Source: an uncultured Bacilli bacterium
GTDB lineage: Bacteria; Bacillota_I; Bacilli_A; RF39; UBA660
Assembly: GCA_934085585.1 (NCBI GenBank)
Contig: CAKOHI010000001.1
Location: 76,172-140,171 of the forward strand
Reading direction: 5' to 3'
Length of the DNA: 64,000 nucleotides
The translations under genes were made by a program, and so were the position numbers. The notes below the pieces were generated by a model that saw only the letters and a list, made by a program, of their open reading frames with translations, was not told the DNA's origin and did not search any database. Shown piece by piece: positions 30,081-39,365 of this stretch (position 1 is the stretch's first letter; every line of letters starts with the position of its first letter).

Positions 30081-30350
30081 TTGACTAATTTAAAGTAGAC
30101 TCCCTGACTAATTTAAAGTAGACCCCCTGACTAATTTAAAGTAGACCTCCTGACTAATTTAAAGTAGACCTCCTGACTAATTTAAAGTAGACCCCTTGAC
30201 TAATTTAAAGTAGACCCCTGACTAATTTAAAGTAGACCCCTTGACTAATTTAAAGTAGACCTCCTGACTAATTTAAAGTAGACCTCCTGACTAATTTAAA
30301 GTAGACCTCCTGACTAATTTAAAGTAGACCCCCTGACTAATTTAAAATTC
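30081..30350. repeat. tandem direct repeat, about 12 copies of the 23-bp unit TGACTAATTTAAAGTAGACCYCC
   Basis: TGACTA recurs at 30081, 30104, 30128, 30151, 30174, 30197, 30219, 30242, 30265, 30288, 30311 and 30335 (period 22-24 bp); variation is confined to the CYCC tail. Confidence 0.9.
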
Positions 30351-30370
30351 ACATATAAAGATATAGATTA

Positions 30371-30399
30371 TTGATATAGATTAAAAATTAGTGTATAAT
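30371..30399 (+). promoter_or_regulatory. sigma-A-type promoter for the downstream surface-protein gene
   Basis: TTGATA, 17-bp spacer, TATAAT; located between the repeat array and the RBS AAGGAG. Confidence 0.5.
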
Positions 30400-30422
30400 T
30401 AAATTAATAATAAGGAGTAGAA

Positions 30423-31883
30423 ATGAAAAAAAATATTTTGTTAGTTGGGCTATTATTATTAGTTGTATTCATGCCAAATAAAGTGTTTGCATTAAGTAAT
30501 GATGAGATTATTAATATAATAGCTACAGATGGAAAAAATGCGGTATTTAAAATGAAACAACCTACTAGTGAAAAAGAAGCAAAGGTAAATTTAAACAATT
30601 ATGTTAATTATGTGTTACAGAATTATGGATATTTTGCAGATATAATATGTGATAGTGAAACATATTCTAAATGTGATTTAAATATTTATAGTAGTGATTA
30701 TGAATCATCTTATGATGTAAATCTTAAAGATTATGTAACTAAAAAGGGATGGACAAGTAAGTATGCTATTAATGTAACTTATGATGCACCGAAAGAAAAT
30801 GCAAATATTAATAAAATTGTAGAAAATATTACTGGCCTTCCTGAAGAGTGGGATAGGAATGATGTTCCTAAATATTATATTTTATCGGATTTATCCTTGA
30901 TAAATTATCATTATAATTATTCAAAATATTTATATAATTTTGGATCTACTAAAATAGCATTTAAATATAGTTCTTTAAATAACTTTCTTTATGGAACTAA
31001 TATAGAAGTTTATTTGGATCTTGTTACTGGAGAAGATGATTCAGAAAATATGATAAGTTTTGGATTTGGGCCGATGAGCATATTTTATGATGGATACTTA
31101 TATGCCACAAAAAACGAAGGTATTTATTTAAGGAGATTATTATATATTCCAGAAGATACTCCGGATACACCGGAAGATTATGTGAAAGCTGCACAAAAGA
31201 GAATTAATGATTATTTAAAAAATGATTTTGTTAAAGTTACATATGGAGGTAAAATTGCTGATATAAGACCTAATGAAGAAGATGCTTATATACCAATAGA
31301 AACCGATGGAAATTATTATGATTTTCAATTTGGAGATAATCATTTTATGTTTTATATTGTAAAAGGAAATGCTGAACAATTAAAAGCGCCTGTATATTTA
31401 AGTAGTGATATAAATACAAATATAGAAGTTGAAACAAATGATTCATCAGTGCCTTTAGATACAATAATTAAAGTGAAAGATGTTACTTCCGAATTTACAA
31501 AGGAAATGATTGGAACAGAAAACTTTGTATCTTATGATATAAAATTATATTCTAATAGTTTAGCAGCACACGTTGAAAAGCTTGATTCAGGAACATTTGT
31601 TGTAAAAATACCTATACCTGAAATGTTAAATGGTAAAAAATTAATTGTTTATTATTTTGACGAGGATAATAATAAAATATCATATGATGTTACAATAAAA
31701 AATGGGTTTGCTGAATTTAATACTAATCATTTTAGTGTTTATACTTTAGCTGAATACGAAGATAATGTTAATGAAGTCATAGAAAATCCTTCTACATCAG
31801 ATAGTGTAATGTTGTATTTTTCTTTAAGTTTATTAAGTGTGGTAGGAATGGTTATTGTTTCAAAAAAAATAATTAATAAATAA
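30423..31883 (+). CDS. secreted/cell-surface protein with signal peptide and C-terminal membrane anchor (486 aa)
   Basis: Signal peptide MKKNILLVGLLLLVVFMPNKVFA; C-terminal hydrophobic segment followed by basic KKIINK; no LPXTG motif. Confidence 0.6.
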   Translation: MKKNILLVGLLLLVVFMPNKVFALSNDEIINIIATDGKNAVFKMKQPTSEKEAKVNLNNYVNYVLQNYGYFADIICDSETYSKCDLNIYSSDYESSYDVNLKDYVTKKGWTSKYAINVTYDAPKENANINKIVENITGLPEEWDRNDVPKYYILSDLSLINYHYNYSKYLYNFGSTKIAFKYSSLNNFLYGTNIEVYLDLVTGEDDSENMISFGFGPMSIFYDGYLYATKNEGIYLRRLLYIPEDTPDTPEDYVKAAQKRINDYLKNDFVKVTYGGKIADIRPNEEDAYIPIETDGNYYDFQFGDNHFMFYIVKGNAEQLKAPVYLSSDINTNIEVETNDSSVPLDTIIKVKDVTSEFTKEMIGTENFVSYDIKLYSNSLAAHVEKLDSGTFVVKIPIPEMLNGKKLIVYYFDEDNNKISYDVTIKNGFAEFNTNHFSVYTLAEYEDNVNEVIENPSTSDSVMLYFSLSLLSVVGMVIVSKKIINK

Positions 31884-31985
31884 AAAATTAGGATGCAAAA
31901 CTCTAATTTTTTTTGTAAAATATTGTCAATTGCTTTATTAACATAATAATGATATAATTAAGTTGTCCAGAAAGGTGGATAATTA

Positions 31986-32513
31986 ATGAGAATTATAAAT
32001 TATTTTATTAGAATGTCAGTAATTATATTTGTTTTAGTAATTGCTAAAAGTAGTTCTGATATAAAAATAGCTACGGTAGAAAATGATAATTTAAATAAAA
32101 CTGTTAATTTAACTACGATGGCTATGAAAATAATAGAAGTTGAAGATACAATTAAATATACTCCGATAGCAACTTATACTGGAGATTTAACTGGGTATGC
32201 TTATAATTGTCCTTTGTGTGGAGGGACACTTGGGTGTATGCCAAAATATAATATTAAAGATGGAACAACAACTTATGATGACTATGAATATGGTACAGTT
32301 AATATTGTTGCATCAAGTAAAAACTTACCATGTGGTTCTATTGTTAGATTTTCTAGTAATAAAGTTGGTGAAGGAGAAAGTTTTGCAATTGTATTAGATC
32401 GTGGAGTTCGTGGTTATTCATTAGATTTACTTACTCCGAGTGAAGAATATGCTTCTAAATATATTGGAAGAAGTCAAATAACATATGATGTTTTAAGGAG
32501 CGGGTGGGAATAA
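31986..32513 (+). CDS. 3D-domain protein (YabE/MltA-like)
   Basis: N-terminal signal anchor and C-terminal 3D-domain pattern (TGYAYNCPLCGG...VASS...GS...LDRGVRG...LDL); position after tatD matches Bacillus yabE. Confidence 0.6.
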   Translation: MRIINYFIRMSVIIFVLVIAKSSSDIKIATVENDNLNKTVNLTTMAMKIIEVEDTIKYTPIATYTGDLTGYAYNCPLCGGTLGCMPKYNIKDGTTTYDDYEYGTVNIVASSKNLPCGSIVRFSSNKVGEGESFAIVLDRGVRGYSLDLLTPSEEYASKYIGRSQITYDVLRSGWE

Positions 32514-32531
32514 ACCCCACTCGAATTTTTT

Positions 32532-33317
32532 ATGAAAGCAAAAAAAAGGTTAGGACAAAATTTTTTAATTGATAATAATGTCATTAACAAAATTGTTGAT
32601 GAAGTTTCAGCATGTAAAGATGATCTAATAATAGAAATAGGTCCTGGTAAAGGGGCTTTAACAAGCAAACTAAAAAATAAAGGATGTAAAATTATTGCAT
32701 ATGAACTAGATACTGATTTAAAGAATGTATTAAATTCTTTAGAAGATAGTAATTTACATGTAATATATGGAGATTTTTTAAAGAGTAATATTAATGATGA
32801 TATTAAAGAAATAGAGTATAAAGATTTATATTTGGTTGGGAATTTGCCATATTATATAACTACTCCGATAATAGAGCATATTATTTTACAAAAAATTAAA
32901 TTTAAAAAATTTACAATTATGATTCAAAAAGAAGTAGCAGATAGATTTATGGCTCAAAGTGGAAGCAAAGATTATGGTTATATAACATTAGTATTAAGAT
33001 ATTATTTTAATGTATATAAAGTATGTGACGTATCTAGATTTGCATTTAATCCAGTACCTAAAGTGGAAAGTAGTGTTATAAGCTTTGTTTTAAGACATGA
33101 TATACCAAATATTGATAGTAATAAATATTTTCAGTTTTTAAAAATAGCATTTAAACAAAAACGTAAGAATTTAAAAAATAATTTGAGTGGATTGTATGAT
33201 TTAGATAAAGTATTGAAAGTATTAGAAAAGTATAACTTAAATTTAAGTGTTAGGGCAGAAGCTTTAGATGAAAAAGTATTAATTGAAATATTTAAAAGTG
33301 TAGTGAATGATTCCTGA
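32532..33317 (+). CDS. rsmA: 16S rRNA (adenine1518/1519-N6)-dimethyltransferase RsmA/KsgA
   Basis: LGQNFLID start, SAM motif EIGPGKGALT, and NLPY catalytic motif. Confidence 0.9.
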   Translation: MKAKKRLGQNFLIDNNVINKIVDEVSACKDDLIIEIGPGKGALTSKLKNKGCKIIAYELDTDLKNVLNSLEDSNLHVIYGDFLKSNINDDIKEIEYKDLYLVGNLPYYITTPIIEHIILQKIKFKKFTIMIQKEVADRFMAQSGSKDYGYITLVLRYYFNVYKVCDVSRFAFNPVPKVESSVISFVLRHDIPNIDSNKYFQFLKIAFKQKRKNLKNNLSGLYDLDKVLKVLEKYNLNLSVRAEALDEKVLIEIFKSVVNDS

Positions 33318-33359
33318 TATAGGAATTTTTTTTTGTAATTTTCATAAAATTTATTGGTG

Positions 33360-34145
33360 ATGAATATTTTGAATATAGAAAAGGGAGATTATGTAACTAG
33401 AAATAGTTATGATAATGATACGGTTTTTAAAGTAATAAATATTAAAAACGGCATTGTATATTTAAAGGGTGTGGAAGTAAGACTTATAGCTGATGCTGAT
33501 ATTACGGATTTAAGAAAAGAAGAAGATATTGTGTCTGATGATGTCATAGATGATATTGATTTACTTGATGATAATTTAGAGCGGGGAGAGTTTTTTTATT
33601 TGCCTGCGAAAGCTTTACATATTGATTCTGATGAAGAGTATTTGGCGAGATGTTTAAAGTTTTATAAAAGAAATGGCATTATGGCTGTGGGTAAAAAAAT
33701 AAATGAAAAAAATGTTTATGAACAGTTGCCAACGCTATTAAAAGAATTTAAACCTGATATTGTGGTAATAACTGGACATGATGCTTATTACAAGAAAAAG
33801 GGAGATATTAAAGATATAAAGAATTATAAAAATTCAGCATATTTTGTTAAAGCTGTGAAAGCTGCTAGAAATTATGAAAAAAGTCATGAAAAATTGGTTA
33901 TAATTGCTGGGGCTTGTCAAAGTGATTATGAAGATTTAATTAAAGCTGGAGCAAATTTTGCTTCAAGTCCCAAGAGAGTAAATATACATGCTTTGGATCC
34001 AGCTATTATTGCTAGTACAGTTGCTTTGACAGAACGCAATAAAGAAATAGATTTAAAGAAATTACTCGAAAAAACTAAATATAAAGAAGAGGGTATGGGG
34101 GGGCTTATTTGTAATGGACTTATGTATGTTGGGTATCCAAGATAA
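33360..34145 (+). CDS. yabG: sporulation-specific protease YabG
   Basis: N-terminus GDYVTRNSYDNDTVFKVI...VRLIADADITDL aligns with B. subtilis YabG GDMVARKSYQMDVLFRII...VRLIADSDFSDL; ksgA-yabG-veg order. Confidence 0.75.
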   Translation: MNILNIEKGDYVTRNSYDNDTVFKVINIKNGIVYLKGVEVRLIADADITDLRKEEDIVSDDVIDDIDLLDDNLERGEFFYLPAKALHIDSDEEYLARCLKFYKRNGIMAVGKKINEKNVYEQLPTLLKEFKPDIVVITGHDAYYKKKGDIKDIKNYKNSAYFVKAVKAARNYEKSHEKLVIIAGACQSDYEDLIKAGANFASSPKRVNIHALDPAIIASTVALTERNKEIDLKKLLEKTKYKEEGMGGLICNGLMYVGYPR

Positions 34146-34154
34146 GGAGATTTT

Positions 34155-34367
34155 ATGAATATTAATATTATAAAAGAAGAAATAAAAAGTAAATTAAATA
34201 AAAAAGTATTAATATCTGTTTATGGAATGCGTAATAGAGTAAATAGGTTAGAGGGTATTTTATATAAATCATATCCAAATTTATTTACTGTAATGGTTGA
34301 TGGTGAAGAAAAAAGTTTTTGCTATAGAGATGTTATTACAGGTGATGTGAAAATTAAATATTTATAA
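34155..34367 (+). CDS. veg: Veg protein (DUF1021)
   Basis: 70-aa protein with the Veg-like SYPNLFTV core; conserved position after yabG. Confidence 0.75.
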   Translation: MNINIIKEEIKSKLNKKVLISVYGMRNRVNRLEGILYKSYPNLFTVMVDGEEKSFCYRDVITGDVKIKYL

Positions 34368-34446
34368 AATATAATAAAAAAATATTGCAAAAATTAAAAA
34401 TATGCTTTAAAATTAGATTAGTAATACAACATAAGGAGGTAAAGTT

Positions 34447-34722
34447 ATGGAAATTACAAGATTAGAAATTCATAGAAGAGAAAAGGAAGGTTCAAGACTT
34501 AAAGCTTTTGTTGATTTTACCCTTGATGATTGTTTAGCAATTAGAGGGGCTAAAATTATTGAAGGAAATTCAAGAATATTTGTTTCAATGCCAGGTAAAA
34601 TGAATAAAGATGGTAAAGAGGATAATGTAGTATTTCCAACTAATCAAGAAACTAGAGAAAAATTTGAAAAAGTAATCTTGGATGAATATAATAAATTATT
34701 AAATGAAGAAACTAACGAATAA
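34447..34722 (+). CDS. spoVG: septation/regulatory protein SpoVG
   Basis: MEITRLEIHRREKEGSRLKAFVDFTLDDCLAIRGAKIIEGNSRIFVSMPGKMNKDG pattern. Confidence 0.85.
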   Translation: MEITRLEIHRREKEGSRLKAFVDFTLDDCLAIRGAKIIEGNSRIFVSMPGKMNKDGKEDNVVFPTNQETREKFEKVILDEYNKLLNEETNE

Positions 34723-34819
34723 TGTTAGTTTTTTTAATTAAGTTCATAAATAATATTTTGTTGACATATAATCTATATGTGGTATAATTAAGTTCGTCGC
34801 TTAAAAAGGAGTGAAAAAA

Positions 34820-35302
34820 ATGTTATATAGTATAGAATATGTTACTGATAAAGATAAAAATGAAAAAGAAGTTCTAAAAGGTGCTAAAATCTTTGGATTT
34901 AATGGAGAAGATATTAGTGTTAAAGAAGTTTATGTTGGATTAAAATATAGTTTGGAAGAAATATTAAATAATGAAATAATAGCTAAATTTTTAGGAATTA
35001 ATAACTTGGAAGTTTTTAAAGCTAAATATGAAAAAGTTGGAGCTACAGGAGTTATATACTTTCCTGAATTAAATAAATATGAATATTTAGAAGAAGGAGA
35101 TGTAGTTATACCTTTTGTAAATTCTAGATTAGTTAAAGATTCATTAGATAAAGTTTTACGACCATACAAAAAAGCAGCGACGAATAGAATTGTAAAACAA
35201 AAATTAGAATCTAAAAAAGTTTGTAGAGAAGATTTAGATCCAGCAGATCCATTAATTGAACTAAAAGATTTATCTTTAAGTAGACATGTTTCAAGTAGAT
35301 AG
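34820..35302 (+). CDS. hypothetical protein (about 160 aa)
   Basis: ORF with an AAGGAGTG RBS before MLYSIEY; no recognised motif. Confidence 0.5.
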   Translation: MLYSIEYVTDKDKNEKEVLKGAKIFGFNGEDISVKEVYVGLKYSLEEILNNEIIAKFLGINNLEVFKAKYEKVGATGVIYFPELNKYEYLEEGDVVIPFVNSRLVKDSLDKVLRPYKKAATNRIVKQKLESKKVCREDLDPADPLIELKDLSLSRHVSSR

Positions 35303-35345
35303 AATAAAATATCTACTTTTTTCATATTATTTAATGGTGATATTT

Positions 35346-35624
35346 ATGGGAGAAGCAAGCTATGGTAATCAAGAAGTAAAAATGATTGATAGAAGTAGCA
35401 TAAGTATTAATGGAGTTAATAAACTGATTAGTTTTGATGATGAAGAATTTTTAATGGAAACGGTAATGGGAAATTTAAGAATTCTTGGAAGTAGTTTAGA
35501 ATTACTTAAACTAGATACAACCGAGGGTATTGTAAAAATAAAGGGTAAAATTAATTCATTTATGTATATAGATGGCAAACATAAAAACAAAGAAGAAAGT
35601 ATAATAAATAAACTATTTAAATGA
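35346..35624 (+). CDS. yabP: sporulation protein YabP
   Basis: ISINGVNKLISFDDEEFLMETVMGNLRILGSSLELLKLDTTEGIVKIKGKINSFMY aligns with B. subtilis YabP (EISGVQEVESFDNEEFLLETVMGFLSIRGQNLQMKNLDVDKGIVSIKGRV); start position approximate. Confidence 0.65.
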   Translation: MGEASYGNQEVKMIDRSSISINGVNKLISFDDEEFLMETVMGNLRILGSSLELLKLDTTEGIVKIKGKINSFMYIDGKHKNKEESIINKLFK

Positions 35625-35932
35625 ATAGTTATGTTCAAGTTTTGTCTTTTGTAGTTTCTTTTATTTATGGATTAGTTTTTTATTTGTTATCTTATGTTAA
35701 TAAAATAATGATTAATAATAAAAATAATGTTATTAAATTGTTAATAACATTAGTATTTGTTATAGATATGGTAATTTTATATATTTATATTATGTATAAA
35801 ATTAATTATGGAATGATACATCCTTATTTTGTTGCTGTGGTATTTATTGGATATATAGTTATGATGTTTACATTTGATAAGTGTATATTATGTTTTAAAA
35901 ATATTTTAAAAAATTTAAAAAGACCATCATAG
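35621..35932 (+). CDS. yabQ: YabQ-like small integral membrane protein (spore cortex biogenesis family)
   Basis: Three predicted TM helices, translationally coupled to yabP (4-bp overlap). Confidence 0.55.
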   Translation: MNSYVQVLSFVVSFIYGLVFYLLSYVNKIMINNKNNVIKLLITLVFVIDMVILYIYIMYKINYGMIHPYFVAVVFIGYIVMMFTFDKCILCFKNILKNLKRPS

Positions 35933-35942
35933 GTCCTTTTTT
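35918..35942. terminator. possible bidirectional terminator hairpin at the convergent yabQ/membrane-protein gene ends
   Basis: AAAAAGACC-ATCATA-GGTCCTTTTT imperfect stem with A/T runs on both sides. Confidence 0.3.
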
Positions 35943-36547
35943 CTTGATCTTATTAATGGTCTATCTTTTTGCAATTCAGTTTTATTTGGTAAATTATTTG
36001 CTGTTTGTATTTTTTTTGATAGTTCTTCTTGAATCTTTTCTAAATAGTTATTAAATTCCATAATTTGTGAGTCATAACTTATTTGGGTTAAATCTATATC
36101 AGTAAAAGATTTTGAGCCTAAGTTTTCTAATAATTGATTTTTAGTTGCTTGTATTTCTGATATATATTTGTTTTTTTCTTCTTCTGGTAATTGATTTAAT
36201 AAACATTTAATTGTTTTAAATTCTTCTAAAATATTTTGTTTTATATTTATCTTTTTGTTTTCTTGTTGTAATGAATTTTGTATTTGATCTTCTTCAATTT
36301 GACTCATATTATTAGATTTTATTACATTTATAATTGTTCCAATTGCTAGTGCTATAATATCAGCAGTTAAAACTAATGATAATCCAAATAATAAGATAAT
36401 TGCTGGAAATCCCATGATTAAACCTAATATTAATAAGATAAAAACAGCTGGTGCTTCCGATAAAGTTAATGTTAGTACATAATCATTAATAAATGTTTTC
36501 ATATTTTTTTTGAAAAGTTCAAATTTAGATATTTTTTCTTTTTCCAT
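35927..36547 (-). CDS. hypothetical membrane protein with coiled-coil C-terminal half (206 aa)
   Basis: Two TM helices (FILLILGLIMGFPAIILLFGL, ADIIALAIGTIINVI) followed by a Q/E/K-rich heptad region; no homology recognised. Confidence 0.55.
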   Translation of the reverse strand: MEKEKISKFELFKKNMKTFINDYVLTLTLSEAPAVFILLILGLIMGFPAIILLFGLSLVLTADIIALAIGTIINVIKSNNMSQIEEDQIQNSLQQENKKINIKQNILEEFKTIKCLLNQLPEEEKNKYISEIQATKNQLLENLGSKSFTDIDLTQISYDSQIMEFNNYLEKIQEELSKKIQTANNLPNKTELQKDRPLIRSRKKDL

Positions 36548-36753
36548 AATATTTCCCTTTCTTTGATTAGATATTATAACACGTATAATACTGATTAGTA
36601 AATGAATTGTTTTTAAAAATTTGATTATTTCTTCATTTGCTTATAATATTTATTAGCATATTAGTAAAATATACGTAAAGATAAAACAAAATAACATTAT
36701 AATTATTTACAAGAAAAAAAATATTAATTATAATTCTGGTAAGAATGGGGAGG

Positions 36754-37047
36754 ATGTCGGAAATGAAAAAAACTAAAAAAGAAAAAAAACGGCTTTTTGT
36801 TATTTCAACCGTTATTATTCTTCTTATTGTGTCTTTAATTAGTTCCGTTGCTGGTGATTGGACTAAAATTATGGAAAATAAAAGCAAAATTACTAGTTTA
36901 AATAAAAAATATAATGATTTATTAAGTGATGAGGAAAAATTAGTTAGTGAAGTTACTAAATTGCAAGATGATGAATATATTTTAAGATATGCAAAAGAAA
37001 AATTTATGTATTCTGAAAATGGAGAAATTATTATTAGAATGAACTAA
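36754..37047 (+). CDS. divIC: septum formation initiator DivIC/FtsB family
   Basis: Basic N-terminus, one TM helix, then coiled coil ([28 protein letters not shown]); GGGGAGG RBS; the ORF-track start at 36745 is an alternative. Confidence 0.6.
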   Translation: MSEMKKTKKEKKRLFVISTVIILLIVSLISSVAGDWTKIMENKSKITSLNKKYNDLLSDEEKLVSEVTKLQDDEYILRYAKEKFMYSENGEIIIRMN

Positions 37048-37061
37048 AATTCATTCTTTTT
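37034..37061. terminator. bidirectional terminator spanning the overlapping divIC/clpP stop codons
   Basis: Perfect 8-bp stem AGAATGAA/TTCATTCT whose loop CTAAAA contains both stop codons (TAA on + strand, TAG on - strand), followed by T6. Confidence 0.5.
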
Positions 37062-37622
37062 TATGATGTCATCTATTAAGCCATATTCTTTAGCTTCTTT
37101 AGCACTTAAAAAATTATCTCTTTCAGTATCTTCGTATATTTTTTCAAGTGGTTGATTAGTGTTGTCTGATAAAATTTTATTTAATTTTTCTTTTAATTTT
37201 ATGATGCGTTCAGCAGCGATTTTAATGTCTGTTGCTTGACCTTGGGCTCCGCCGAGTGGTTGATGAATCATGACTTCTGCATTAGGTAAAGCATATCTTT
37301 CATCTCCGCTTGATAATAGGAATGCTGCCATACTTGCACACATACCAACACCGATTGTAATTACTTTACTTTCAATAAATCTCATTGTATCATAAATACC
37401 CATTCCAGATGTAATAGCCCCACCGGGAGAATTTATATAAATATAAATATTTTCATGATTAATATTATCTAAATAAAGTAGTTCACTTATAATAATGTTT
37501 GACATAGTATCATCAATTTCACCAGTAAGAAAAATAATTCTGTCTTGTAAAAGTCTAGAATATAAATCATAAGCATATTCTTTATTATTAGTCTTTTCGA
37601 TAACTGTTGGAATAATATTCAA
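37044..37622 (-). CDS. clpP: ATP-dependent Clp protease proteolytic subunit
   Basis: Catalytic Ser-His-Asp context ([17 protein letters not shown]; MIHQPLGG). Confidence 0.9.
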   Translation of the reverse strand: MNIIPTVIEKTNNKEYAYDLYSRLLQDRIIFLTGEIDDTMSNIIISELLYLDNINHENIYIYINSPGGAITSGMGIYDTMRFIESKVITIGVGMCASMAAFLLSSGDERYALPNAEVMIHQPLGGAQGQATDIKIAAERIIKLKEKLNKILSDNTNQPLEKIYEDTERDNFLSAKEAKEYGLIDDIIKKNEF

Positions 37623-37718
37623 AATAGATCACCTAAGTAAATAATAGTAAATAATGTTAATTTTTATTCACAAATTTAGAAAAAATTGATATAATTATAA
37701 AGAATAGAGGGAGATTAG

Positions 37719-39365
37719 ATGGATATAGTTAAAGTTACATTTAATGATAACCAAGTTCATGAGTACAAAAAAGGTACTTCGTTTTATGATGCTAGTAAAG
37801 ATTATAATATGGAAGATATTGTAGGTTATAAAATAAATAATGAAGTATTTTCTTTAGATAATAAAATATTAGAAGATGTTAAAATTGAATTTATAAATAC
37901 TAATGATTTAATTGGAAATAGAATGTATAAATCAGGACTTAAATTTTTGTTTTTAGTGGCACTTCAAGAAGTATTTAAAGGTTTTGATGTATCATATGAG
38001 CATAGTGTACCTAGAGGAATGCTGGGAATTATTGAAGGTCCAAGAATACTTACTCACGAAGATATTTCATTAATAAAATCTAGAATGTGTAAGATTATTA
38101 GTGATAATGAAGTTATTACAAAACTTAATGTATCGCCGAAAGATGTAATAAAATATTATAATGAAAAAAAAGAGTATGAAAAAGCAAATAATATCCAAAA
38201 TATAAGTGATAAGGTAGTTAATTTATATAAATTAAAAAATAATATTAATTATTTTTATACATTGATGCCTTATAGTACAGGAGTGCTAGGTAAATTTGAA
38301 CTAGTTTACTTGGGAAATAATAGAATCATTTTACTTTTTCCAACTACAAGAAGTCATGGTGTTGTTCCTGAATATGTACATTATGATAAAATTATTGAAA
38401 GCTTTAGTGATGGTAAAAATTGGCTTAATAATTTAAATATGCCATATATTACTGATTTAAATAAAAATATTGGTAATGGTAAAATAATAAATTTTATTAA
38501 ATCATGTGAGCTTATGTTTAATTTAAATATTTCTGATGTAGCAAGAAAAATTGAAGAAAAAAAAGATATAAAATTTATTTTAATTGCAGGTCCTTCTTCG
38601 AGTGGTAAAACTACGACAACGAGTAGGTTAGCATCTTTCTTTGATGCTATGGGGTATAATCCGATTAAGATTAGTTTGGATGATTACTTTGTTAATAGAG
38701 ACGATAATCCAAAAGATGAAAATGGAAATTATGATTTTGAGTGTTTAGAGGCTTTAGATGTTAAGCTCTTTAATGAAAATTTAAATAAATTATTAAATGG
38801 TGAAAGTGTAGTTTTTCCAAAATATAATTTTATGACAGGTTTAAGAGAGTATTATAAAGATAAAGTTACTATGACTGAAAAAAGTATATTTTTAATTGAA
38901 GGATTACATGCGTTAAATGAAGAATTAACTAAAGAAATTGATGATAAATATAAATATAAAATATATTTAAGTCCATTTATTCCTTTAAGTATAGATAAGT
39001 ATAATTATGTGTCAACTCTTGATTTGAGATTATTACGTAGAATTGTTAGAGATAATAGAACAAGAGGATATGATGTTATTAAAACAATAGATAATTGGCA
39101 AAATGTTAGGAATGGAGAAGAAAAACATATATTTCCATATATCCATCAAGCTGATGTGATAGTAAATACGGCATTGCCTTATGAAGTCGGGGTTTTGAAG
39201 GTTTATGTTGAACCGCTTCTTTTGTCGGTAAGTGTAGAAAGCATTTATTATGAAGAAGCAAGAAGATTAGTGGATTTCTTAAAACAATTTTTCCCAATCC
39301 CGGGTGAATATGTTAATGATGAATCAATATTGCGTGAATTTATAGGAGGAAGATATAATGATTAA
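37719..39365 (+). CDS. uridine/nucleoside kinase family protein with N-terminal TGS/ThrRS-like domain (548 aa)
   Basis: N-terminal TGS-like fold and a C-terminal P-loop kinase domain (ILIAGPSSSGKTTTTSRLA). Confidence 0.7.
   Translation: MDIVKVTFNDNQVHEYKKGTSFYDASKDYNMEDIVGYKINNEVFSLDNKILEDVKIEFINTNDLIGNRMYKSGLKFLFLVALQEVFKGFDVSYEHSVPRGMLGIIEGPRILTHEDISLIKSRMCKIISDNEVITKLNVSPKDVIKYYNEKKEYEKANNIQNISDKVVNLYKLKNNINYFYTLMPYSTGVLGKFELVYLGNNRIILLFPTTRSHGVVPEYVHYDKIIESFSDGKNWLNNLNMPYITDLNKNIGNGKIINFIKSCELMFNLNISDVARKIEEKKDIKFILIAGPSSSGKTTTTSRLASFFDAMGYNPIKISLDDYFVNRDDNPKDENGNYDFECLEALDVKLFNENLNKLLNGESVVFPKYNFMTGLREYYKDKVTMTEKSIFLIEGLHALNEELTKEIDDKYKYKIYLSPFIPLSIDKYNYVSTLDLRLLRRIVRDNRTRGYDVIKTIDNWQNVRNGEEKHIFPYIHQADVIVNTALPYEVGVLKVYVEPLLLSVSVESIYYEEARRLVDFLKQFFPIPGEYVNDESILREFIGGRYND

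Noticed and set aside
30081-30350. Possible CRISPR array or coding low-complexity region
   Set aside because: Units abut head-to-tail with no spacers, and there is no ORF or RBS; it is a simple minisatellite.
36633-36887. Minus-strand 84-aa ORF
   Set aside because: Overlaps the divIC start region antisense, is hydrophobic low-complexity, and has no RBS.
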